Assembly (NCBI RefSeq): GCF_964204645.1
Contig: NC_134028.1
Coordinates: 17,429,653 to 17,493,652, forward strand
DNA length: 64,000 nucleotides
Reading direction: 5' to 3'
From: Tubulanus polymorphus
Lineage: Eukaryota > Animalia > Nemertea
A model generated the notes under the pieces. That model saw only the letters and a list, made by a program, of their open reading frames with translations. It was not told the DNA's origin and did not search any database. Shown one piece after another: positions 26,267 through 37,852 of this stretch. The position numbers and the translations under genes are program-made. Numbering within the stretch: the stretch's first letter is position 1; each line of letters begins with the position of its first letter.

Positions 26267-27362
26267 TCAACGACGTCGGATTCTTATTGGAGCACTCGCC
26301 CTTTTTGAGAATACAGTACGAATATCTTCCATGAAACGTTTGCCTTTATCGATGAAATTCCACAATTTGTCCAACATTTTTGTTTTGTAATTTTTTAGTT
26401 TTCTCGATGGATTGTAATGCCTGATGTTGTCACGGAAACAAACAGCAGCGATTTTGTCGCACAGACACAAAGACGTATCACATACAGTGTTGACTGAATC
26501 TAAAATGGAGAAAAACAACGATTACAGCGTATTTCTATCGATACATCATATGACGTGTATATGCACATATGGTACGTAACTTACCACAGTGAATAGTCTG
26601 ATTTCTATAAATCCAGTAATACATATTAATATGTGGATTTTTAGATATTTCGTATATATGCTTTCTTTTGCAAGTCGTTTGCCGGATATCGTAATAACAT
26701 TTATCATGTCGCATGCAACACCTACAAAAATATATTTAGGCCACCTAATGAAAGTGTCGGATTACCAAGTTCAGCCTTTAAATGTACAACTTGTCTTATT
26801 ATTTCTAATTGACGCGTTTAACTGATCAATAACCCTTGGTGCATAGATCATATCTATTTACATTAACGCATTCCTAAATAAATAATCAATGCACACAAGA
26901 TAATGTTTTTATGATGTGACTTAAGGAATCAATGAATTGCCTACGTATCAATAGGATCTAATGGAAGGCCTCTTCCTCCAAAACCGCACCATCGACCATA
27001 TCCATTGAAAAGGGAAGCTGAGTGTCCGGTGACGATTTGAACCATTTGCCCAAACTGATCCAATCTGCGTTTTTCCCTTACCAAGCCTAGAACAAAGTGT
27101 TCTTTCTGAATACAACATTTTGTCACCCTTCGAAAATGCATGAAATGTGTATCATTAATAAGTCTCGATTTGATTAAATATAAGTCATTATGTTCACACG
27201 TAAAGCAACCTACCTAAACTTTTGTCAGTTACCAAAATCAGCGTCAATATGTATCTGATGACACTACGAATGTTAGTATTCCTTAATCAAATCAAATATG
27301 GTTTAGATTTCTCGTTTTCAAATTATGTTGGAAATATATCATGTTCGAGCATCAACTCACAT
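26267..27362 (-). CDS. Secreted phospholipase A2 (group I/II-like), 193 aa; exons 27362-27361, 27281-27214, 27086-26945, 26721-26585, 26499-26267
   Basis: Phase-consistent GT-AG splicing gives MNTNIRSVIRYILTLILVTDKSLGLVREKRRLDQF..YGRWCGFGG.G.PLDPIDTCCMRHDKCY..CDTSLCLCDKIAAVCF: Ca loop, His-Asp dyad, Tyr and second Asp. The first two exons are less certain. Confidence 0.9.
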
Positions 27363-29129
27363 TTTTCCTCTCGCTTTCAGAATACGGCATAAATAGAATT
27401 GTATTTAACTAACTCAGCATCGTTTGCGGTTATAAATAAGTAAATAATCGACCTAAATCGGCTGTAATCATTGCTGTTCACACATCAACGAAAGGTTGAC
27501 ATCGATAAACCTCAGATATTCTAATATGTTTAACGTATTAATTAAGACTAAATATGTATAATCGATGTGGTGTATTGCCTATGATTATGTTGTTATTATA
27601 ACCCGCACTAAGCAAGCGTACAGATAATCGATACTCAAAACATTGTATATGATAATGAGTCTAATTGAATCGTTTAATCATTAATGAATACCCCAAGCTT
27701 AATTCAATTCATTCGATCTATATATATTTCATATGAAAATGATATTATAATATCATTTTCATATGTAAGTTCATTAAACACGTATCAAGTGACAAATGCT
27801 GAGATGAGTATTGTGCTCACTGGAACGTTCAAATAGTACGAACGCGTTTTTGGAGGGGCGGGACAAAAATTATACTTACTTTGTACGGGAAGGGGGTTAA
27901 AGTAAAATGTGCGTATTCTTTGTGATGGGGTGGTACTTAGTGAACTGGAAATATTCAAAATTACGTCAAATGGTAGTACAAAAAACTGAATAACACGCAT
28001 TCTAATATTATCCTACTCTAAATATCATGTTTAATTAAAGGTACGTAGGTAAACAGGTAATACATTATGGCTAATTCGTTGGGTGAGAGGGAGGGAAATT
28101 TACGTACGGATGGGGTACCACAAAATAAGTACCAATATCGTATAAAGGGGAGGGGGTCTAAACTAGACATATACGTAAAGAATACCTCTCAGCTATTGAT
28201 CTCATAGATCAAAAACACTAGGGTTAATCCTCCTCCTACCATGGATAGAAATACCACGTCATACGAAAATCAGTAAAAAAACTATAGATTGTAGACAAAG
28301 GCCGAAATCCAGGACGCCTATTTCACACAGAAATTTGGTTGCTTTCAACGACCTTAATGCGCCTTCCTCCCGTCATTTAAACCACAGCTCAAGCATGAAG
28401 AAAATCAGTCTAAACCTCTACACCTTAGAGCTGTTATAAGCTCCAAAATGGGTTTTTAAAACGCCGACATGTAGAGCGGAAGTAATTCAAATATGGTTAT
28501 TTCACACACCAACATGACTGTGGCGGCCATACTGGGTGATAAAAGGGCTCATACTCTTTCCATCACAAAGCCATAGATCGCGTAATAAACACATTGTTAT
28601 GAAGCGGTTGACGGAAACAAGCTCGAAATTGCTCACCAAATCAGGTCGACCCTAGTTCCAGGACGCGTTAACTACCTTGCAATCTTGGGTTACGGATATA
28701 CACGTTTTTAGTGTATTATTAGATTTCAAGGTCGTTTTCGCTACCAAAATGCTGGTCAAATGATATCGTTCAGAAACATATTTAAATACGAAGACAAGAA
28801 CTTTGGAAATTAAGGTACGTTTGTTTTTAATTCATACTGAAAGGTGTCTGGACTTAATTGTCGAAGAATGAGAACAGGAATAGACAATTAATAGGAATAT
28901 GGTAAACTGTAAAACGTGGATAGCAATTAATGGAAAATTGTAAGTCGGTATTGGAAAATCAGAAATCTTCTGCCAGTTTACCAGTTTACCGCCAGGGACC
29001 ATGTCAATGATTCAACTGCCAACTGGAGCGGGGGCTGGTTCATACAACATGGCACTAATAAGAAGTGGGATGATATATATGAATGAATTTCAGATTGGAA
29101 CCACTGGCTAAAAGAAAGAGGTTCGACAC

Positions 29130-29945
29130 CACGAATCTATTCGGAGTTAACTTCGTCAACTGGTCTGAAAGATATTCCTTTTGATGGCACGCCATTTATT
29201 TATGACAGTCGTCTGGTGCTTAACTGTCACCATGGCGCTGATTATAATAAGAGTAAAAAAGAGACGCCGCAAGTCTTTGAATGCAAGTCGTTGTTTTAGT
29301 TTGATGGTTTATAGTGTGAGTGCAGTAAGTTCGTATATCTTTGGTGGAGGATCATGTATTCATTAACAAAAAAGCTTGACTGCCCTGCATCGATAAAAGT
29401 GAATAAGGTTGTCCAATTTCCTGATATAATGGAGATTACCGCTTAATCCTAAAGTATTATGCATTGTTACTCGAATTATGTGATTTATTTATCAACGGTA
29501 ACACTGTACGTTGTTAAGAAAACGGTTCGGCGAAACTCCGACAGAATTTGCATGACTTGTCAATAAATGGATAAATACAATATCATATTCAGTTGCCCGA
29601 CATATAGGACCACAAGGAAAACCCGTTGGGGATGAGGTAATTTGTCCGCGAAACAATGATTCTGATTATTAAGGCCTAGGGATTTTGGTAAGATTTACTC
29701 AAAAATGTTGCTTGACACTTCTTTGCTTTAAATTGGCTTTATTTTTTTAGTGGACAATTTAAGGAAATTATTCTATCTGGAACTTTGCTCATTTGAATTT
29801 TACAAATACGCGTAACGTACCACATGTGTTTTAATTTTCAGACAGCAAATATGTGCGAGCCTGTTGATCCTGTAATCGTACAGAAGATACGCAGCCTGAC
29901 ATTAAACAGAGTTCGGAAAGTGTCTGAAATGATGCCATACATCTG
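29130..29945 (+). pseudogene. CaRF-like / MULE transposase N-terminal fragments
   Basis: IPFDGTPF..LNCHHG, TKKLDCPASIKV, YHIQLP..DH, PVDPVIVQKIRSL..VRKVSEM, in exon-like pieces. Confidence 0.55.
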
Positions 29946-30049
29946 TAATTAGTCGTTACTTCACTACTCATAAAGATATCGAAAATGTATGTTGAATGAG
30001 AAGTATACTCGCCAGAGAAGCAAGGTAAATGCAGCCATCAGAATAACAC

Positions 30050-31240
30050 CAGCAAAAAACAATATGAAATAAAAAAGTTAGTTGATGTTACAAAAGAAAT
30101 TGAACACAAAATATTAAAATTAGAAAAGATAAAAACTAAATATGGAGATAAAGTATCAGCAAATTTAAGTTACTGTAATTTTAGTTCAACGCGAAAATTT
30201 AAAGTATTTCTACCTGATAAATGAGTTTCATTGAGTACAGAGGAATTGAAAGATTTAGAAGGATTTAAAATAATCTATCATGGAAAAAATGAAGACGGTC
30301 ATCATGATTTAGAAATTGTTGATTAAATAAAAAATAAATTGATAAAAAAATTAATTAAATATTAAGAATCCGAAATGACTTATCTGGACAATTTAATTGT
30401 TCCACATAGATAGACAAAAGTAGTGAGATATTTAATTAATTAAAAATGAAATTATTTTTTTTTGCTTCTTTTCTAAAATATTAATCCATTTTTATTTTTA
30501 ATAGCAGTAAATTCAGAATTATTAATATCATGAATTTTATTTGATTTTTTATGCCAACTACACCCAATCAAAATGAATACAATTACAAATCCAGTTGTAA
30601 AATATAAATATTCATCAAACATTCTATTCATCTAAACGCTCTATCAGAAGGAGTAGAAATAACAATATTTTCACCATTTTTATTAACATCTTTATTATTT
30701 ATTTTTTCTTTTAAAGCTTTTTTAAATTCTCTTGATTTAATTCCTAATTGCCGAGACCATTCAATTTGTTTCTGTGATCTCAGTTTTTTCTTCACAGTTA
30801 ATTCTTTCACTTCGCTCATTTATTGTAGAAAAATGTTTACTTTCAATACTTGAAAATGTCATAAATCCAGTTGATAATAATTTCATAAATCCACCTAATT
30901 GAAATTAAATATCCAATCCATTTATTTAATTCAGTCATAACTAAATTTTCATTTTTCAAATCGGATTATAATCTATTTTCATCTTAAATTGGTAGCATAT
31001 ATTGACATAATTTACTATAACCTTTTACTACATTTTCTGATATCGCATCATTAATTCTAGCTATTCTCGCAGTTTCATAAATCTAAAATAATTTAATAAT
31101 TTCATCTGATTTCATTGTATCTAATTCATTATAACTTAAATTTTTACTAATAAAACTTTTACATTTCCCAGATGCTATTAACATTTCTAATTTATGTTTG
31201 CAATAAAGATAATATTCATAATTATTATTTGTAGTAATAT
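30050..31240. mobile_element. Polinton block, inverted diverged paralog of 14590-15790
   Basis: TKYG ORF on + (30050-30326) and the two ATPase-downstream ORFs on -. The reverse complement aligns throughout. Confidence 0.88.
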
Positions 31241-33643
31241 CATACATCGATAATATAATTATAATATAATTATAATTCCATTTGATGAATTAACAAACAA
31301 AAAGAAACAAAGAGAGCGAGATGAAATGTGGTACAATATAGAACTTTATTTTAATGAGAAAAATGAAATGGAAGAACCTAAATAATTAAATGAAAATGAA
31401 GAAGCCAATAGTGATTTCGAGTATGATGATATTGATTTATGTTTTTTTAATAACCACAAGGTACTGGTTTTATTCCATCATCCAAAATGTATCTTTTATC
31501 GTCGAATGGATTTAATCTAGTTTTTTCAACTTCATTAATGTACATTTCGTGATCTTCTAATCTTAAACAATTCATTTTATGTTTCATAACTATTGCGTTA
31601 TATAAACACTTTATATAATCTTGAAATTCTATACGTTTATCAACCACGTGCTTTGTTATTCCTTTTAACTTTTTTCCTTCATGATCTTTTGTTCTGTAAC
31701 TATTCATTTTACTTCTTATCCCAACAAATTCAATCATTTCATCACCCCCTAATTCATCTTTAAATTTACCAGGAATTTTCTTATTATCATTGCTAAATAA
31801 TTCATGATCTTTTGGATAATTGCTAAAGTCAAAATGATGTTTTAATGTTTTTAAGTCTTTTGTTATGTCATTTGTCTTGATTTTTAGTATGTAGGCGTCC
31901 GTATTTAAGCAAATTAATGGAAATCCACAGTTAAATGTTCCATTTTCAGTTGATAAATCATAAACATAATCTGATGGGTTATATATTTCAAATAAATCTC
32001 TAACTTCTTCAGTTCATTCATTTTCTACATGGCTTAAATTAAAGCAATTTGGTTTAGATTTAATCAATGCAATATTCATATTAAAACCTAATGAACTACA
32101 TAACACATTTAACCCACTTATTGCACATTTTCCTTTCTGAGCCAAAGATATTGTTTTGTGGTTTTCTAAACTTTTTGTTCCATCTGCTGCGTAGAATCCA
32201 ATGAGGAACCATTTTCTTAAATTATATTTTGCATTTAATACATAATCTGGAACTATATTTTTTTTTGTTGAAGTAATTCTTTTAACTATTGCATGAATAT
32301 AGAATTCATCATTATATTTAATTGCAAAATCTTTAGGGTTATTCACAAGTATTCTATAAACTGCTGTTTCATATGATCCACCATTCTAAATGTTTTATTT
32401 GGATAAACTTCTTCACAGTATTTTTTAATTCTTTTAATTTCAAATCTAGATTGCATAAATACCAACAATATTGAGTGCGACTAATATATTTATAAACACC
32501 CGCTGAACCATCTCCGATAAAACATCCTTTGATGAAATATTCTTTTTCTTCTAATGTTTCTGGTTCTATATTATAGATATTATCAATTATTTCATCAAAT
32601 GACCTATGATCCATTCTTGGGTAAAATCTTTTATGTAATAATTCATCTCCAATTTTTAGCATTGGTTGACGTCTATGACGTCATGCCAATGCAAGTAAAA
32701 TGGACCGAAAATAGTAGTACGAAAAAATAGCGCCAACTCTTCTCATTTTCATAATAACTTCAAATTGTCACTCCGTTCACGTAAAACATTAGAAACAGCT
32801 GAAAAAGACTAAAAAAAATGTTTCAATTATTCTTCACAACATAGCGTCGCCAGATTTCTGATTTAATGGTCCAAAAAGTTATTCGATTGCATTTTTCTCG
32901 TTCATTATCTGGTAGATGAGAGTGGGTTAAACAATCGCGTAGCGATATGTACGCATTGACATTGGCAGTAAAGAATGGGGAACAGCCTCTTCTGAATAGA
33001 AAAACATAAAATTATGTACCTCCAGTTTATAAATATCACAGTGTTTGGATATCTTTGTTACTCCAACTATCAGTATCCATGGGATTATTTGGGATTAATC
33101 CTCAGCGTCAGAATACGTATTTCTAGAGCAGTGGAACGGCAGCCTACTCGTAACTGAAACCCGTATGTGATCGTGCGGGAACGCCTTTACTAAAGTTAAA
33201 ACCATTTCATGATGACACGAAACATCAAACGGTAAACGGTAGGCTACCACCATGATACGATATCACCAATAAAGATGGATCATTTTATTCAATTTTACCA
33301 GAGTTGTTTATTGGAGGAAAATATCATTGTTAGGTACGGCGAGAACAACCATGTTGTATCATCAATCAGTTGACTGACATTGTAAAATTCGATTCGGCTA
33401 TATTCTAATATAGGTTTTCACTTTAGGACGCCCTACCCGCCTGCTGCACACTCATAAGGCGGTAGCACCCTCTTACGCACTCGGCAGAGATTCGCTTTGT
33501 AATGCGCGCCGGGAAAAAATACCTTTTATTATCTTTTTCCATGCGTTAAACAACAGTGATTGAATTTACGCGTTGTTTGTCGTAAATTACAATATTGCGA
33601 TGGTTATTTGCCGCTGCTGTAGTATTTTGGAATTGAATCGAGC

Positions 33644-34362
33644 GGCCTCGGTAGCTCAGTGAGATAAGGCGTGATGCTGTTGAATCCACGATCAATGCCG
33701 AGTGACAAGTGGGTTCGAGTCCTGCAGGCTGCGAACAGTGTGCGGGCAACACTTCAAAGGCCGTACCGGCGTGAGGTTAAATGAACAATCCAATAGGAAT
33801 AGTCTTGGGAAACCAAGATCCAAACGACGTACGTAATGCCAATCAAACAAAAAGACAAACAAACAATCATCAGCCGGCCTCAGTGACACCAACGCCGGCA
33901 TCGCTCGCTGCGACGTTTTGCATGCGTACAGGCATCAGAGCTTGGAGCTCTAAGATCAGAGGGTCTTGCAATTGCATTCAGAAAAAATCGTTCTGTTTTT
34001 GTTTTCATTATTCAGTGGGGCCTAACAGTTCATGCGTAAAAATGGGTTTTTGTATCCAAATCTTGATTGATATAAATATCTTGGCTGGGACATGATGGAA
34101 AACATCAGAATAAACTAGTTCCGTCTTTTTAAAAGAATCGCATTAATGAGGTTTAACAGTACAAATAGCCTAGGCTAAATCGTTCGGCAGAAAATAAATT
34201 CATTTTCAGGAATGAAATCGTACTAGACAAATATAGACCTTAAAGTCTGTGGTCCTCCCAATCAACATCGTCATAGAAGATTTGCCGGCAGATGTAAAAC
34301 ATTATAACCACTTAATACCACAGTATAATCTACCGATGCTTCAAGGCCCATGGGCCTCTTGT
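33644..34362 (+). mobile_element. tRNA-derived SINE-like repeat
   Basis: A-box-like TAGCTCAGTGAG (33652) and B-box GGTTCGAGTCC (33712). The downstream body is repeated at 23460-26040. Confidence 0.62.
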
Positions 34363-34477
34363 TATATCAGTTGGTTTTATTTCATCACCATTTTTCTAAT
34401 TAAACTATGATCTTCTGTAACATCTACAAATCCTAATTTAGTTCTAACTCTATATATTATTTTATTTGTTTTATGTC

Positions 34478-35883
34478 TATTATTATTATTATTATCATTA
34501 TTATACATGTTTAAGTGCCCTGTCCAGATTAGTGAAACTGCTCCAAAGCACTTACAAATACAGAAATACGACGTACAATAAAATCTGATGATAAAAACAT
34601 TACAATATTGAATTTAAAAACAGTGAACATTCAGTAAGACAATTTCAATTGAAGGCAATTCTAAAATAATGTGCTTTTAAATTCTTTTTAAAACACTCAA
34701 TAGACTTACTGCATTTAAGATGACTAAGCAAGGCATTCCAAGTTTTTGGGCCATAGACTCCAAAAGACTTGTCACCAAATTGGCTAAACGTACGTGGAAT
34801 AAAAAGTAAATTAAAATTAACAGATCTAAGATTTCGCTATGGTCTATAAAAACTAATCATGTCACAGAGATAATGAGGAGCCTCATTTTTAAGGATAGAA
34901 AATATCAAAACACAGATTTTAAAATCTATTCTAAAGCGGACTGGCAGCCAATGAAGGTCTGCTAAAACAGGAGAAATGTGTTCACTTCGTTTAGTGAGGG
35001 TAACTATTCTAGCTGCCACATTTGGTACCTTTTGTAATCTGTAAATCTGTGTCGCCGGGATATTAGATAACAAAGAATTACAATAGTCTTGCCTAGATGT
35101 AACCAAAGCATGAATAATTGACTTGGTAGAATCCGTAGATAGATACTTACGAATACAACCAATGTTTCTCATATGGAAATAACAGGATTTTATGACGGAT
35201 GACACATGATCCGTCATAGACATGGATCTATCAAAAATAGCACCTAGATTCCGTACTGAGTGAGCAGGTACTACAGAAACAGAACCAACATGCAGTTGTA
35301 CATCAGTAGGTGGTACATAACGAGGAGAACAGAAAAACAAAGACTCGGTTTTGTCACAATTTTTGTCACTATCTCTGTGATAATTGGTAAAAGATCGTCT
35401 AAACGCTCTTTTAAAAGCCATGTTGGCAAAGGATCCAATTCACAGGATTTACTAGCTGAACTAGTTATTATTTTCCTTATCTCATCCTGCGTTGCTAAAG
35501 AAAAAGTTGATAGACTATTAAACTCCGGAAGTGAGTGGTCACTGCCTAAATTCTCAGAACGTGGTAAGGGCATATCAGCACGGATATCACTTATCTTATC
35601 CAAAAACTTATTAAACTGATTTGCTAAAGCCTCGGCTGACTCATAATGTGGTAAAACTGGCACAGATGATGAACCAAGGAGGTGTTTCACTACTGAGAAA
35701 ACACTTTTGGAGTTACGACCACAATCGATGATTTTATTGTTGAAGTACTGCCTCCTTGTTTCAACGATCATGTGGTTAACAAAACGACACAGCAGTTGAT
35801 ACATCTGCCTATGAACTTCCAGCTTACTCTTTCGCTACTGCCGTTCCAAGCAACGCCGTTCCCGTTTAGTATCATGAAGTTCG
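34478..35883 (-). mobile_element. L2/CR1-clade LINE, 5-prime truncated, RT core deleted
   Basis: KSCELDPLPTWLLK; VRNLGAIFD; HALVTSR.DYCNSLL; LQKV.N.AARIV; LHWLPV..RIDFK. 3-prime (AAT)n tail at about 34480-34503. Confidence 0.88.
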
Positions 35884-37852
35884 TCTAATTATATTTTTTA
35901 ATTTTTTCCATCCATTTTTTGTCCAAACATCCATTAATCCATTAATTTGTATTAATCCTTTTTCACCATATGAAATATAAGATTTATTTTGATTAGGAAT
36001 TATTTCTGAAATTCTTCTAAATAATATTTGATTATTGTATTTTTATAGTATTTGGGTATCAGCTGTTACAGAATCAAAATATAATATTTCAATATGCGTT
36101 TCCCCAAAAATTGGTTGTAAATATTATAATAGAAATCATTCATTAATAATTTTGATATTTCTAAAACAGTTGAACCAATGAATATAGGTTTATAAAATTT
36201 CATTGACGCTCTTTTTAATTTTACTGCTGTTAAATAATCTTTTATTTCCTAAGTGTCTAGGACTTGATTGTAAATTTCTCAGTCGTTCAGAATTATTTGC
36301 TAATTCAATATCATTTCTATTTCTTATATTTTCACATGTTTTTCCATAAAAAACTATTATTCATTAATTTAAAAAAATCTTTATCAAGATCTGTTTTAGA
36401 TATTGTCCTCTGTTGAGTATTAAAATCTATATATTTTTCTAACCACTTCGATGGATTAAATTCAATATATCGATATACATTCTTTAATTTCATTCCTTGT
36501 TTTAGATAACACATTCTAAAACATTTAACATTCTATAATGAACGATATAATTGTATTTATTATTTTGTGATAATATTGATTTTTCTGTAAAAACATGATC
36601 TTTGGGTTTTATTTTTTTCTGATATTCACTTAAATAACTATCATCTACAGCTAAATGTTCTTGGCAATATGGTAAGTTTCTTGTTTTACACTTTATGTTA
36701 TCAGGATATTCTCAATCAACTACAAATAAATAACCAATTGGTGCTTCATCTTTTAAACCCATAATTGCACAATCAGTTTTATCATCATTTTCAACTTCTG
36801 TTAATATAAAATTTTTGTATGGTTGAGGTTGCATCATTGCTCAACCATATAAATTATTGGCGTCAATATATAATAATTTATATTCATCATCCAATTAACT
36901 ATCTCCCATAACACCACTAATTTCACCTCTAATTGATTTTTTAAAATAATAAAACCATGTATGGTTCTTTTAATAAATCTAATTCTACATTTGTATATTT
37001 TAAACCGCATTGCCTGGTTAAACCAGGACTTAAATAACAATAACAAGGATCAACATTAAAATGATTCAAATTAACTTCTCAAATTTTTCAAATATATCAG
37101 CCAATATCATAACATCTGATTTTAAATATAAATCTACTAATTCACCGTGATTTTCTATCTTAAAGTGATTCCAAATATTTAATGTTCTATTAAATACTTC
37201 ATCTTTCACATACTCATCTTTTAATTGATCATAAAATTGTTCTTTTATTAATTCCATTACATAAAAATCATCATGTGTTTTATAAAATGAATAAGGAATT
37301 GCACCTTTAAATCTCAATAATTTAAAATCTTGTTCATTTGGGTAATAATTTCGAGTTATTATCAAATCATTATCAACTAAACTTTTTGCTAAACTATCTA
37401 ATGAACTTGCTAGAAATCTATAAGAATCTAAAAATCTCAAACAACCAAATTGAAATGAAATGTAATTTTCAGAAGTCTTAGCTAATAGTTTAAAATCATA
37501 TTTTCTTACATTTGCATCATTCCATAACACTATTCAATTGAGAATTTACAATACTTAAAGGACTACTGAACAATTTTGTTTTTTCCCTTGAATCAATCCA
37601 GTAAGATGTAATAAATGATAATCTAATGACCTTAGGTATATTTGTTTTCATTTCGAATACTTTTAAGAGGTTTTTTCTTGCTACGGCAAACCAAAATATA
37701 CGTAGTCGCGATGCTCAGCAATCTCGGGTAATCCCCTGTGGTGACGTCAGCGCGAGATGTTGAGAACCCGGAAGTATTATCAGCCTCGTTCAGATAGCGA
37801 TAACAACAGGAGATAAAGTGATTATAAAAAGATTTTAAAACGATTTTAAACT

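Larger units (their letters stand above)
31903..36072 (-). mobile_element. Intein with LAGLIDADG homing endonuclease at the PolB motif C site (N-part 36072-35884, C-part about 32665-31903)
   Basis: Block A SVTADTQIL; VWTKNGWKKLKNIIR; LKIGDELLH; LAGLIDADG helices YFIKGCFIGDG and FLIGFYAADG; block F YVYDLSTENGTF; block G LICLN followed by Thr. Confidence 0.92.
31447..37516 (-). pseudogene. Protein-primed PolB, copy 2 (exonuclease to C-terminus), containing an intein and later insertions
   Basis: RFLDSYRF; YLKSDV; LYIDANNLYG (motif A); KLMNNSF.GKTCEN (motif B); KPIFIG..LEISK; LYFD|..|TDAY (motif C); GKFKDE..EFVGIRSKM..KGI..DDKRY. Confidence 0.95.

Noticed and set aside
26267-27362. Polinton-encoded (parvovirus-type) PLA2
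   Set aside because: It has spliceosomal introns, a signal/propeptide and the disulfide-rich cellular sPLA2 pattern, and it lies outside any Polinton termini.
32014-32662. Free-standing homing endonuclease, group I intron or hedgehog Hint domain
   Set aside because: It is bracketed by intein blocks A and F/G that fall exactly within the polymerase YxD/TD motif in the same orientation.
33644-33730. tRNA gene
   Set aside because: A and B boxes are present but I could not form a cloverleaf, and it runs into a dispersed repeat, so it is treated as a SINE head. The same applies to the B-box at about 55991-56001 (minus).
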